A DNA stretch of 18,260 nt from Planctomycetota bacterium (GTDB taxonomy: Bacteria > Planctomycetota > GCA-002687715 > DRQF01), in the NCBI GenBank assembly GCA_027001995.1, contig JALTLO010000080.1:1-18260 (forward strand), given 5' to 3'. The translations under genes and the position numbers were made by a program. Position 1 is the stretch's first letter; every line of letters begins with the position of its first letter. Below the pieces are notes generated by a model, which ran no database searches, was not told the origin of the DNA, and saw only the letters and a program-made list of their open reading frames with translations. Of this stretch, positions 1 to 8,238 are shown in pieces.

Positions 1-1
1 G

Positions 2-211
2 CGAGGGCCTGGTGACATGATGGGGTTGAAGCAGCATGGTCCTGGACCATTGTCAGCTCCCCAAGCTGACGAAAGCCTGCTGCACGAAGCTTTCGCTGAT
101 GCCAGAGAATTGCTGCAGAGCGGGTTGGATGTTGATAGATTGATGGGGGCATTGGAGCGGTTCGCGCCACGACGAAGGCGTCGATCCCGAGGTTACGAAG
201 ATGCTGGATAG
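2..211 (+). CDS. recG: ATP-dependent DNA helicase RecG, C-terminal end (partial, starts before the window)
   Basis: The frame is open from base 2 and reads RGPGDMMGLKQHG...ADESLLHEAFADARELL, matching the RecG TRG motif (RGPGE/DxxGxxQxG) and the helix after it. It ends about 60 aa later, as RecG does; Mfd would continue into a TRCF domain. Confidence 0.85.
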   Translation, partial: RGPGDMMGLKQHGPGPLSAPQADESLLHEAFADARELLQSGLDVDRLMGALERFAPRRRRRSRGYEDAG

Positions 212-219
212 GAATTCGA

Positions 220-732
220 ATGACTAATCGAAGTAAGATGGCAAGGGCGAGTTTTTTGATTGTGGTGGTTTTTCTTTCTGCCTGCAAAGAAGACGACACG
301 GAACTCTTGCGCCAGTGCAAGCAGCTTGCCCATCAATTTCACAAAGCCGTGATGGTCCGTGATGATAAAGCCATGAGCGAATTGGTATTGTTCCCCTTCA
401 ATTTCGACAATCAAGACTCGGCAGATGGACGTGAGGCATTTCGCAAAATCGTGAAGAAGCGGTTTTCGGGGATGCAGGCACGAATGAAATCGGCTCGTAG
501 TATGGAAGCGGTGACCTATTCCGCTTTCGTTGATGGCCATCCCATTCGCGGTAAGAAGTTGGAAGGTGACGCAGCCATTCGCGAGGCCGCTAAATTAGGC
601 TTCATGGAAGGTGACGTCTTAGTTCGGTGCTACGCCATCAATGAGGACAAGAAGCAGGATGGCCGGGACTATTACGTCGTTGTGCGCAAGGATGCCTTGG
701 GTGACCTCAAGATCCATACTTACTTCGACTAA
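220..732 (+). CDS. Putative lipoprotein, function unknown (170 aa)
   Basis: Basic N-terminus, hydrophobic stretch FLIVVVF and lipobox LSA-C. Starts 8 nt after the recG stop. An alternative ATG lies at 238. Confidence 0.75.
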   Translation: MTNRSKMARASFLIVVVFLSACKEDDTELLRQCKQLAHQFHKAVMVRDDKAMSELVLFPFNFDNQDSADGREAFRKIVKKRFSGMQARMKSARSMEAVTYSAFVDGHPIRGKKLEGDAAIREAAKLGFMEGDVLVRCYAINEDKKQDGRDYYVVVRKDALGDLKIHTYFD

Positions 733-1026
733 TTGACTTGTTGCTCCATCGTTCTTCTTGAGGGCCATGCCCTCTCTACGGGGTCTTGGCCGAGGACTTA
801 GCACCGTTTCTATTGCGTTTACTTTGACCCAGTGGTTTCATAATTCTAAGGGAAACCACGAATTCACAGGGACATGGGACAGAAGAGAGTTGCTCGGTAC
901 AAGGAAGGTTGGAAGGCCAATGACTACAATCTCATGAATAAGGCAGCGGGTTCGGGAAGTTTGTTGTGAAACGTGCTTGATTGTCGCTAAACTCGTCGAT
1001 CCTGTATAGCTTCCGGGAGCATTCAC

Positions 1027-4026
1027 ATGTCTCGTTTCACGATTGTTGTTTGTTTGGTTCTTTCTTTCGGATCGGTGCTCTTCGCTCAAGACGAAGGCCC
1101 TCTTTTTGGCCCTGTGCCCAAGAAGGAAGATCCACAGGCAAAAGAGACTACCCCCAAGAAAGCTGAGGCTGAGAAGCCAAAGAACCCAGACCAGATTCTG
1201 ATTGAGGAATTGAGCGCCTGGCCCACCACAGACGCTCATACCGCCGCTCGCGAATTAGTTCTCAAGGGAGCTCGTGTTGTTCCTCTTCTTATAGAGAATC
1301 TTGAGAACAATGATTGGCGTATTCGTTGTGGTTGCGCCTACGTCCTAGGCGAGTTGAAAGAACAGGCTGCCTTCGCACCGCTGCAGAAGGCGATTCGAGA
1401 TATCGCCAATCGCATTTCTCTGGGGCCTTTGTTTCAGGCCATGACCAAAATCGAACCGGTTTTGGCGACTTCTGAAATCCTCCCTTTTGTGGCGTCTACG
1501 GAATCCCGGACAGCAAGGGCTGCTATCGCCGCGCTGCCAGAAGTGATTGACCAGAAATTCGCTCCTCGCATCATCGCCTTGACGAATCATCGGGACAACA
1601 GCGTTCGTTTTCGGGCCTTGTCGTTGCTGCCCAAATTGTATGAGCCAATTTCTTCAGACGTTTACATTCGCTTGCTCAATGACCGGGCTCCCCGGGTGGC
1701 GGCCACAGCAGCAGATATCTTGTCCAAAAGCCGAGACGAGGATGTCTACAAGAAACTACAAGACTTGGTTATTTCCGGGAGCATTCGATCTGGCAGCTAT
1801 GCAACGATTGCCTTAGTTAAAGCTGAAGATCGTACAAGTCGTGTCTTGTTGGATGAAAACAACGGGCCTCTCAAGAAACGCCTTCTCAGAATGCTCAATT
1901 TGCGGAGTGATCTGCCCAACTGTGCCGCTGCCATCGCCTTAGCCAACATGTCCATGCGTTCCCATGACGAGGGACTCCGCACGTTCGCAAATACAGCCAT
2001 GCTTGACTTCCTCTTGGATGCCGCCGCAACCGGAAGAATCTTCAAGGACTATATCTCGGTCAAGGATCTATGTTTGCAAAAGGCAGCCCTGATCACGGGA
2101 GAGTCATTCGGAAACAATGCCAGGGCTTGGGTTGATTGGTGGATTGCTAATCGAGAAGGATTCGTTGCCAAGCGCCAACTCACTTCTATTGCCATCGCCG
2201 ACGCCAAGAAGGTCCGTTTGCGTTTTGCCCGCCGCCGGGATGAGGATGCTGTTCACCTGGAATTCCTTGCCGGTGAGCCTGGCAGCGACAAGAACCTGGG
2301 TGGTCGTCCCACCTACCTGGAGATCCGGGAAATGGAAGCCCTGGTTGCCAAGATTCGCGACGACAAGATCATGAGCGGGCAAGGTATGAAGCTCGACCCA
2401 GGATGGGTTGGCAATTATGTTGAGCTAACCATAATTCTCGGGAACAGTGAGTATCGCCGGGCCCACTATGACTCTGAGCCTCAGGACCTGTTGGACCTGG
2501 GGATGGAAATGCAGAAACTCTTTAACCAAAACACCTGGCAATTGTTTTGGGATCGGGCAGGCGTTCCTGATTTTCAAACTTGGTTTCGCCAGGCGAAAGT
2601 GAAGTTTGCTCGTCTTACTGGGGATGCCCGGGCTGAGGCTTTGGCGGACGACGCTCTTCAGGTGTATACCCAATTGGATCCCCGCGCTCGTCGGGCGGCG
2701 GCCCAAGTGTTTTTTGCGGCAGGCGACCATTGGATCAATGAGAACAAGGATCGATTCTTAGCGCTACTCAATTCTAAATCCATGACACTCCACAGTGCTC
2801 GCGTTGTTTTAGATACCCTTGCTCAAGTCGGGGGCCATGATGTTCTTGCTGGCATCGTCGACTATTTGCCCTTGTTTCGAGATGATGGAGCATTGGCCCT
2901 GCGGCGTTATATTGCCCGCCGTCCTTTAGGAGAGGTTCTTTCTTTCGACGATGGGGGACGACCCAATTTGCGGGTGGCCCTAATTCCTTTCCTGGCAGAA
3001 AGAATGGGCGATGATGAGAGAGTCTTGGACAAGTTATTGGGCTTCATGTCCGACGGTGATCCTCGGGTGACCCGTTCTCTTGTGGCCTCTCTTCGGGGAG
3101 GCAACAATGAGTCCATGGTCATGGCCTTAGAAAGTCGCATCGAGAAGGCTCCTGCCCAAGAACAGTTAGGGTTGGTGGAACTTTTGGGTGCTATCGGTGG
3201 CGAAGAAGTGGTTGGGCGACTCAGCAGACTATTCGACCAAGGTAGCCAACCACTTAAAGTATCTGTGATTAACGCCCTGAAGAAAGCATCAGGGGAAAAG
3301 GCCTGCGCTTTTCTCCTGAGAATCGCCAAGGATGGGGAAAGTGAGTTTTACCGCATCCAAGCTTTGACCGCCTTGGCCGACATCGGTGGCGAAGTCGTTT
3401 TGAATGGCGTTCGAAATATGTTGGCCAGCCCCATGACATCGGCGCGGTTGCGGGAGAGCATGAACATCTGCACCCGCATTTTTCGAGCTTCATTGGACCG
3501 GGATTTCGTGCCCTTCCTGAAGCACGAGGACGCAGCGATTCGTAAGGAAGCAGCCTTATTGTTAGGGCCTCTTGCGATCAAGGCGGCGGTGCCAGAGTTG
3601 ATGAATCTTCTTTTGGATGAAACGGAATCGAATCGTGCTTGGGAGTACCTTGAACTCATCACTTGCCACGAGGTGGTGACGCCTGGGGGCGAGGAAGCGC
3701 TTGAAGCCTTTCGCAAATGGTTTGATGAACACAAAGGCGAAAAACAGCACGAGTGGTTTATGGCAGCCATGCGAGCGGAGAAACTTCCTGCCCAACACAT
3801 GTTGGGCTTCTTGGAAGGAAAGGCCCGCCCCCTCAGGACCGTCTCACTCTTGATTCGTGCTCTTGGTTCTGAAAAGTGGTTCGTGCGGGTAAACGCTGCC
3901 AACTACCTGGCCCGCATTCGTGGGGCTCAATTGGGTCGACTCGATCGTCGTTCTTCTCCCGCTGAGATCGAAAAAGTGAGAACCCGTTGGTCTGAATGGT
4001 ACAAGATATTGGTTGAGGGCTTCTGA
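1027..4026 (+). CDS. Exported HEAT/PBS-lyase-repeat alpha-solenoid protein (999 aa)
   Basis: Sec-type signal peptide MSRFTIVVCLVLSFGSVLFA|Q. Many HEAT-like units (LIENLENNDWRIRCGCAYVLGEL, LLNDRAPRVAATAADIL, FLKHEDAAIRKEAALLLG, ALGSEKWFVRVNAANYL). GGGAG SD at 1015-1019. Confidence 0.85.
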   Translation: MSRFTIVVCLVLSFGSVLFAQDEGPLFGPVPKKEDPQAKETTPKKAEAEKPKNPDQILIEELSAWPTTDAHTAARELVLKGARVVPLLIENLENNDWRIRCGCAYVLGELKEQAAFAPLQKAIRDIANRISLGPLFQAMTKIEPVLATSEILPFVASTESRTARAAIAALPEVIDQKFAPRIIALTNHRDNSVRFRALSLLPKLYEPISSDVYIRLLNDRAPRVAATAADILSKSRDEDVYKKLQDLVISGSIRSGSYATIALVKAEDRTSRVLLDENNGPLKKRLLRMLNLRSDLPNCAAAIALANMSMRSHDEGLRTFANTAMLDFLLDAAATGRIFKDYISVKDLCLQKAALITGESFGNNARAWVDWWIANREGFVAKRQLTSIAIADAKKVRLRFARRRDEDAVHLEFLAGEPGSDKNLGGRPTYLEIREMEALVAKIRDDKIMSGQGMKLDPGWVGNYVELTIILGNSEYRRAHYDSEPQDLLDLGMEMQKLFNQNTWQLFWDRAGVPDFQTWFRQAKVKFARLTGDARAEALADDALQVYTQLDPRARRAAAQVFFAAGDHWINENKDRFLALLNSKSMTLHSARVVLDTLAQVGGHDVLAGIVDYLPLFRDDGALALRRYIARRPLGEVLSFDDGGRPNLRVALIPFLAERMGDDERVLDKLLGFMSDGDPRVTRSLVASLRGGNNESMVMALESRIEKAPAQEQLGLVELLGAIGGEEVVGRLSRLFDQGSQPLKVSVINALKKASGEKACAFLLRIAKDGESEFYRIQALTALADIGGEVVLNGVRNMLASPMTSARLRESMNICTRIFRASLDRDFVPFLKHEDAAIRKEAALLLGPLAIKAAVPELMNLLLDETESNRAWEYLELITCHEVVTPGGEEALEAFRKWFDEHKGEKQHEWFMAAMRAEKLPAQHMLGFLEGKARPLRTVSLLIRALGSEKWFVRVNAANYLARIRGAQLGRLDRRSSPAEIEKVRTRWSEWYKILVEGF

Positions 4027-4082
4027 TTCTTCTTGCCTCAACTTGTTGCTGTTGGTGAAGAGCGGTGATGAAAAGAGCAAGA

Positions 4083-4120
4083 AAAAAGGCATGGAGAGCA
4101 TTTTGCTTCCATGCCTTTTT
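4083..4120. terminator. Bidirectional intrinsic terminator between the convergent HEAT gene and rho
   Basis: AAAAAGGCATGGA(G)AGCA-TTT-TGCTTCCATGCCTTTTT hairpin with an A-tract on one side and a T-tract on the other. Confidence 0.85.
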
Positions 4121-4138
4121 AAGTGATTCGCTTTCGAC

Positions 4139-5677
4139 TTAACCCAAATTCATCGACATAAGGAATTCGACGTTGTTGCCGGTTTTCTTGATCTTCTGGG
4201 ATAGAAGGTCCATGGCTTCAACTGGATTCATGTCGTTGATGACTTTGCGCAAGACATAGATGCGTTTGAGTTCTTCCGAATCCAAGAGCAATTCTTCTTT
4301 TCGTGTTCCCGACCGATTGATGTCAATGGCTGGAAAGACGCGCTTGTCCGCCAAGCGTCGATCGAGCTGAAGCTCCATGTTGCCGGTGCCTTTGAACTCT
4401 TCGAAAATCACTTCGTCCATGCGGCTGCCGGTTTCGATGAGTGCCGTGGCGAGAATGGTCAAGCTGCCACCACCTTCGATATTTCTGGCGGCACCAAAGA
4501 ACCGTTTGGGCTTCTGGAGGGCTGCGGCATCCACGCCACCGGAAAGGATCTTTCCTGAGTGGGGTACTTCTGTGTTGTAGGCCCGTCCCAAACGTGTGAT
4601 GGAATCGAGAAGGATGCAGACGTCCCGTCCACTTTCTACCATTCGCTTGGCTTTTTCGATCACCATCTCGGCTACTTGAATGTGCCTGCTTGCGGGTTCA
4701 TCAAAGGTTGAAGAGATGACTTCCCCGCGGACGCTGCGTTCCATGTCCGTAACTTCTTCCGGGCGCTCATCAATGAGGAGCACGATTAGGTCAACATCTG
4801 GAGCGTTGCGGGCAATGGAATTGGCGAACTTCTGCAGCAAGATCGTCTTGCCAGTACGGGGTGGCGCCACAATAAGTCCCCGTTGGCCTTTGCCAATGGG
4901 TGCAATGAGGTCAACGATGCGCATGGCGATTTCGTCTGACGATGTCTCCAAGATGAAGCGTTGCTCTGGATAGAGAGGCGTCAACTCTTCGAAGATAGGG
5001 GTTTCAATCAACTTCTCTGGAGGTCGATCGTTTACCGACTCCACCCTCAACAGGGCAAAGTAACGCTCGTTTTCTTTGGGAGGGCGAATCTGTCCAGCCA
5101 CTTTGCAGCCTGTCTTGAGACCGAAACGACGAATTTGAGAAGGAGATATGTAGATGTCGTCGGGGCAGGGGAGATAGTGGTAGTTCGGAGATCGCAAGAA
5201 ACCGAATCCGTCTGGCAGCGTTTCAAGAACGCCTTCGCCTTTCATCACCCCCCCACGTGATGTGTGGGATCGGAGAATACGAAAGATCAAATCTTGTTTC
5301 GCCATGCCGGTGATGTCTTCGACACCGTGCTCGCTTTGGGCGAGCTCCTGCAATTGGGGCAATGTCTTGAGTTGCAAGGTGGTCAGCTCAAGAGGCTCGG
5401 GAACTGGGGCCTCAGGTTTTTCTGGAGCGACAGCCTCTGCTTCAGCCACCTCGGTTGTTTCTTCTTCCAAGGGGAGGTCAGGGGTATCCTCGTCCTTCTT
5501 CTTGCGCGCCACTTTCTTGCGGGAAGACTTGGCAGCTTTTTTCTTGGTTTTGGGAGTCGGTGGGGACTCTTCTCCAGCCGCTGGTTCCACACCTTCAAAG
5601 ACGAGGTCTTCCTGGGTGGCTTCGGCCTTCTTTGTTGTTTTTTTCTTAACGGTCTTCTTCTTGGCAGCTTTGGCCAT
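4139..5677 (-). CDS. rho: Transcription termination factor Rho with charged N-terminal extension
   Basis: [47 protein letters not shown] (Walker A), [40 protein letters not shown] prefer the ATG at 5677 (GGAGAAGGA upstream) over the TTG at 5701. Confidence 0.98.
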   Translation of the reverse strand: MAKAAKKKTVKKKTTKKAEATQEDLVFEGVEPAAGEESPPTPKTKKKAAKSSRKKVARKKKDEDTPDLPLEEETTEVAEAEAVAPEKPEAPVPEPLELTTLQLKTLPQLQELAQSEHGVEDITGMAKQDLIFRILRSHTSRGGVMKGEGVLETLPDGFGFLRSPNYHYLPCPDDIYISPSQIRRFGLKTGCKVAGQIRPPKENERYFALLRVESVNDRPPEKLIETPIFEELTPLYPEQRFILETSSDEIAMRIVDLIAPIGKGQRGLIVAPPRTGKTILLQKFANSIARNAPDVDLIVLLIDERPEEVTDMERSVRGEVISSTFDEPASRHIQVAEMVIEKAKRMVESGRDVCILLDSITRLGRAYNTEVPHSGKILSGGVDAAALQKPKRFFGAARNIEGGGSLTILATALIETGSRMDEVIFEEFKGTGNMELQLDRRLADKRVFPAIDINRSGTRKEELLLDSEELKRIYVLRKVINDMNPVEAMDLLSQKIKKTGNNVEFLMSMNLG

Positions 5678-5690
5678 GTCCTTCTCCGGT

Positions 5691-6290
5691 TCAGCTGACA
5701 ACGAGGTCGTTGTAGAGCTGCTTCACTTGTCGTTCCAACTCTTGATGGCTGGCGTCGTTCTTCATGAAGAGGTCGGCACCAGATTTTTTCTCCGCGAGAG
5801 AGAGCTGAGAACTCTCGCGTCGATCTAATTCTTCAACTGACCAGGAGCGTTCTTGCACCCGTTTCAGTCTTGTTTCTTTGCTGACTTCGATGAAGAGGAT
5901 GTGATCACACTCATCGCGAAAGCGAGATTCCATCAGAAGTGGGATATCCAGGACAACAAGAGGGTGTCCCGCTTCTCGTGCTTCTTTTAGCCGGTGATCC
6001 AATTGCACTCGGACGGCTGGATGGACAATGTTGTTGAGGCGTTTGAGGGCCTCTTTGTTTTTTGGTCCAAAAACCAAGTGAGCCAAGGCTCCTCGGTCTA
6101 TTTCTTGATTGTCATCGAAGATGCTTTCACCAAACGTGGCCTTGAGGGCATCTTTTATTTCTTTTTTGGCAAGTATCACATGGGCCGCTGCATCTGCGTC
6201 TAAGACGATGGCTCCTAACTTGCCAAATGCGGAAGAAACAGCAGACTTGCCGCAGCCGATACCGCCAATCACACCAAGAACCGTGGTCAT
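5691..6290 (-). CDS. coaE: Dephospho-CoA kinase
   Basis: [12 protein letters not shown]-loop, [36 protein letters not shown]; 199 aa. Confidence 0.96.
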   Translation of the reverse strand: MTTVLGVIGGIGCGKSAVSSAFGKLGAIVLDADAAAHVILAKKEIKDALKATFGESIFDDNQEIDRGALAHLVFGPKNKEALKRLNNIVHPAVRVQLDHRLKEAREAGHPLVVLDIPLLMESRFRDECDHILFIEVSKETRLKRVQERSWSVEELDRRESSQLSLAEKKSGADLFMKNDASHQELERQVKQLYNDLVVS

Positions 6291-6389
6291 GTCTTCTATT
6301 TCTTGTCCTGGGAGATCATTTACTCGCGGAAAGCGTTGATAGGCATTGGGAAGTTTTTGGGCTCAGATACGTAACCCTCGTGGACTTTT

Positions 6390-6417
6390 ACTATAGGGCT
6401 GAGATTTCCAGGCGCAA
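6390..6417 (-). promoter_or_regulatory. Putative sigma70 promoter for coaE-rho
   Basis: Minus strand TTGCGC-N16-TATAGT about 100 nt upstream of coaE. Confidence 0.5.
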
Positions 6418-6565
6418 GTCTTCCCATCAGATTCAGAGAATTTGTCTAGATTTTTCGTTTATCGCGGCTGATCAGTCAGGAACGTGACATCTCCCTTCAA
6501 TATAGAAGCCCTGGAGCCCAAAAATCACCATTCTTCTAGAAGATTCAGCACAGTCTTTTTTTGCC

Positions 6566-6594
6566 TTGACACAAAGGGGGCAAAACTCCAAAAT
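6566..6594 (+). promoter_or_regulatory. Putative sigma70 promoter for the coiled-coil/BRCT gene
   Basis: TTGACA (6566-6571)-N17-CAAAAT (6589-6594). Confidence 0.55.
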
Positions 6595-6598
6595 CCGC

Positions 6599-6714
6599 GC
6601 CTTCGAGAAGCGAGGCTCTATCGCGACGACCAAATCGGAAGCAGTTGTTTTCGGGGTTTCATAACCTGGTTTGTCGCGGTATCCTGTGCACGCATCCATC
6701 GGGATGCGTTAGGG
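6599..6714 (+). ncRNA. Candidate structured 5' leader RNA, no family recognised
   Basis: Consecutive stems starting just after the predicted promoter: 6599-6616; a multibranch closed by 6619-6627/6673-6681; and the perfect hairpin 6690-6697/6702-6709. Confidence 0.4.
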
Positions 6715-6771
6715 AAAACGGGAAAAAGAGCACAAGGGTAGGAAATGGCCCTGGCTCCAGGAGGTAGTTCG

Positions 6772-8055
6772 TTGAATACGCTCTCATCTCGCCAGTCTGG
6801 CGCGGTTAATATCATGTTTCTCATCATCACACTGATGCTTGCCCTCGCTGGCTGGGGCCTTTGGTTCGGTGAGAAGTCAAAGAACGAAGAATTGGCGCAA
6901 GCTGCTCAGTCCGCTGAGTTTGCGGAAAAACAGGCCGCCACTCAGATCTATCAGTTGAAGAAAGGTTTCGAGGTCTTTGCGGACGCCGTTGGGGGAGTTC
7001 CCACCGAGATTCCTGCCACTTTGCCAGAAGAGAAGCAAAGTGAGTACGAAACACTCATCGTGACGAAGTTTGTTGAGCCCATTCAGAAGAAGGCAAGAGC
7101 TGCCATCAAGTTCTTCAACGGTGACAAGAGCCAAAACAAACTTATCCAGGCAACTATCCCCGGTGAAGCATTGGTGACAAAGCTTGAGTCTGAGATTGCT
7201 CAGCTCAAAACCCAGCTCAAGACTGCTAAAGCCGATAAGTCCTCCGCCGAAAAAGCGAATGACGACATGGTTTCCGCCCACAACCAAGCCCTCTCGGTCA
7301 AGAATGATGCTCTGACACAGACGCGTCAGAAGAACGCCACGAAAGAGCAGCAACTCGAAAGCCAAAAGGACGCCCTGTCCAATGAGCTTCGTACTGCCAC
7401 GGATGACCTTGAGACCGCCAAGACTGCCCACACCGCAGAGATTATCGCAACCCGTGAAAAGGCAGCTTCCCTCGATCGTTCCGTTCGGGAGTTCAAGCTG
7501 ACAGAGCGGGTTCATCGCGAGAAGAAACGCCCTGATGGCCAAGTGACAGATGTTAATTATCGCAATGGCACTTGCTACATCAATATTGGCACCAAGCAAG
7601 GTCTTCGTCGTGGCACACGCTTCGAAACCTATGGATTCGCCAAGGGCCGCGTGAAAGTTTCCCATGGTTATATCGTCGTCCGTGACACAGAGCGTGATCG
7701 CGCCCTTTGTGCCATCGAGAACGGTGGTCATCCGGGGCGGATGGATTACATCCACAGCCCAGCTTTCGACAGCGAAAAGAAACGTACTTTCCATTTCTTG
7801 GGTAACTTGCCTGGTCGTTTCGACAATCAGACAGCCACCAAGATTTTGGCTCAGTATGGCATGAAGGTCGAGACTGGCGACAAGATCGATCTCATGGCTG
7901 ATTTCTTGGTTCTTGGTGCAAACCCAGAAATGCCAGAAGAAGGTGAAGAGCCTGATCCAAATTGGTTCAAGAAGACCCAAGCATACTCAGACGCCCTTCG
8001 CTGGGGAATTGAGATGATCCGAGCTGAAGACCTGGAAATGTTCCTGAAGTACTAA
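6772..8055 (+). CDS. Membrane-anchored coiled-coil protein with a beta-rich domain and a C-terminal BRCT-like domain
   Basis: N-terminal TM (IMFLIITLMLALAGWGLWF), then heptad-rich helix (~7165-7525), beta-domain PDGQVTDV...CYINIGTKQGLRRGTRF...GYIVV (FlgT C-terminal-like pattern), and a BRCT-like end (TFHFLG...ILAQYGMKV...ADFLVLG...ALRWGIEMIRAEDL). The TTG at 6772 has a strong SD (AGGAGGT, 6759-6765); the ORF track starts at ATG 6745. Confidence 0.8.
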   Translation: MNTLSSRQSGAVNIMFLIITLMLALAGWGLWFGEKSKNEELAQAAQSAEFAEKQAATQIYQLKKGFEVFADAVGGVPTEIPATLPEEKQSEYETLIVTKFVEPIQKKARAAIKFFNGDKSQNKLIQATIPGEALVTKLESEIAQLKTQLKTAKADKSSAEKANDDMVSAHNQALSVKNDALTQTRQKNATKEQQLESQKDALSNELRTATDDLETAKTAHTAEIIATREKAASLDRSVREFKLTERVHREKKRPDGQVTDVNYRNGTCYINIGTKQGLRRGTRFETYGFAKGRVKVSHGYIVVRDTERDRALCAIENGGHPGRMDYIHSPAFDSEKKRTFHFLGNLPGRFDNQTATKILAQYGMKVETGDKIDLMADFLVLGANPEMPEEGEEPDPNWFKKTQAYSDALRWGIEMIRAEDLEMFLKY

Positions 8056-8084
8056 GTTCAGATTGCGGTCCGACAAGATCAGAG

Positions 8085-8119
8085 AAAGCGCAGTCCACCC
8101 AGTGGGCTGCGTTTTTTTT
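8085..8119 (+). terminator. Intrinsic terminator
   Basis: CGCAGTCCAC-CCA-GTGGGCTGCG stem followed by T8. Confidence 0.88.
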
Positions 8120-8238
8120 ATGGGTGGGCAAGTGAAGGCGTCCGCGTGCACCCAGATCGGTTCCGCTTCTCCAGTTGGGCGATGGTCCCAAAAACGTCTA
8201 AGATAGGGACGAAACGTTGAATCAAAGAGGGTACCACC

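Noticed and set aside
5262..5828. Hydrophobic ORFs (188 and 144 aa) antisense to rho/coaE
   Set aside because: The Phe/Leu/Ser runs mirror the Lys/Glu-rich Rho extension, so these are shadow ORFs.
6570..6720. Known RNA families (c-di-GMP-I riboswitch, SRP RNA, 6S RNA)
   Set aside because: Only short words match (GGCAAAAC, GGAAGCAG). The required flanking motifs and architectures are absent.
6484..6741. 85-aa ORF in the divergent intergenic region
   Set aside because: It has no protein-like motif and overlaps a good promoter and the structured leader. A small peptide cannot be fully excluded.
6877..7980. 367-aa antisense ORF
   Set aside because: It lies entirely opposite the coiled-coil gene and has no recognisable motif. 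Its Leu/Gly/Phe-rich composition is what the reverse complement of Lys/Glu/Ala/Thr codons gives.
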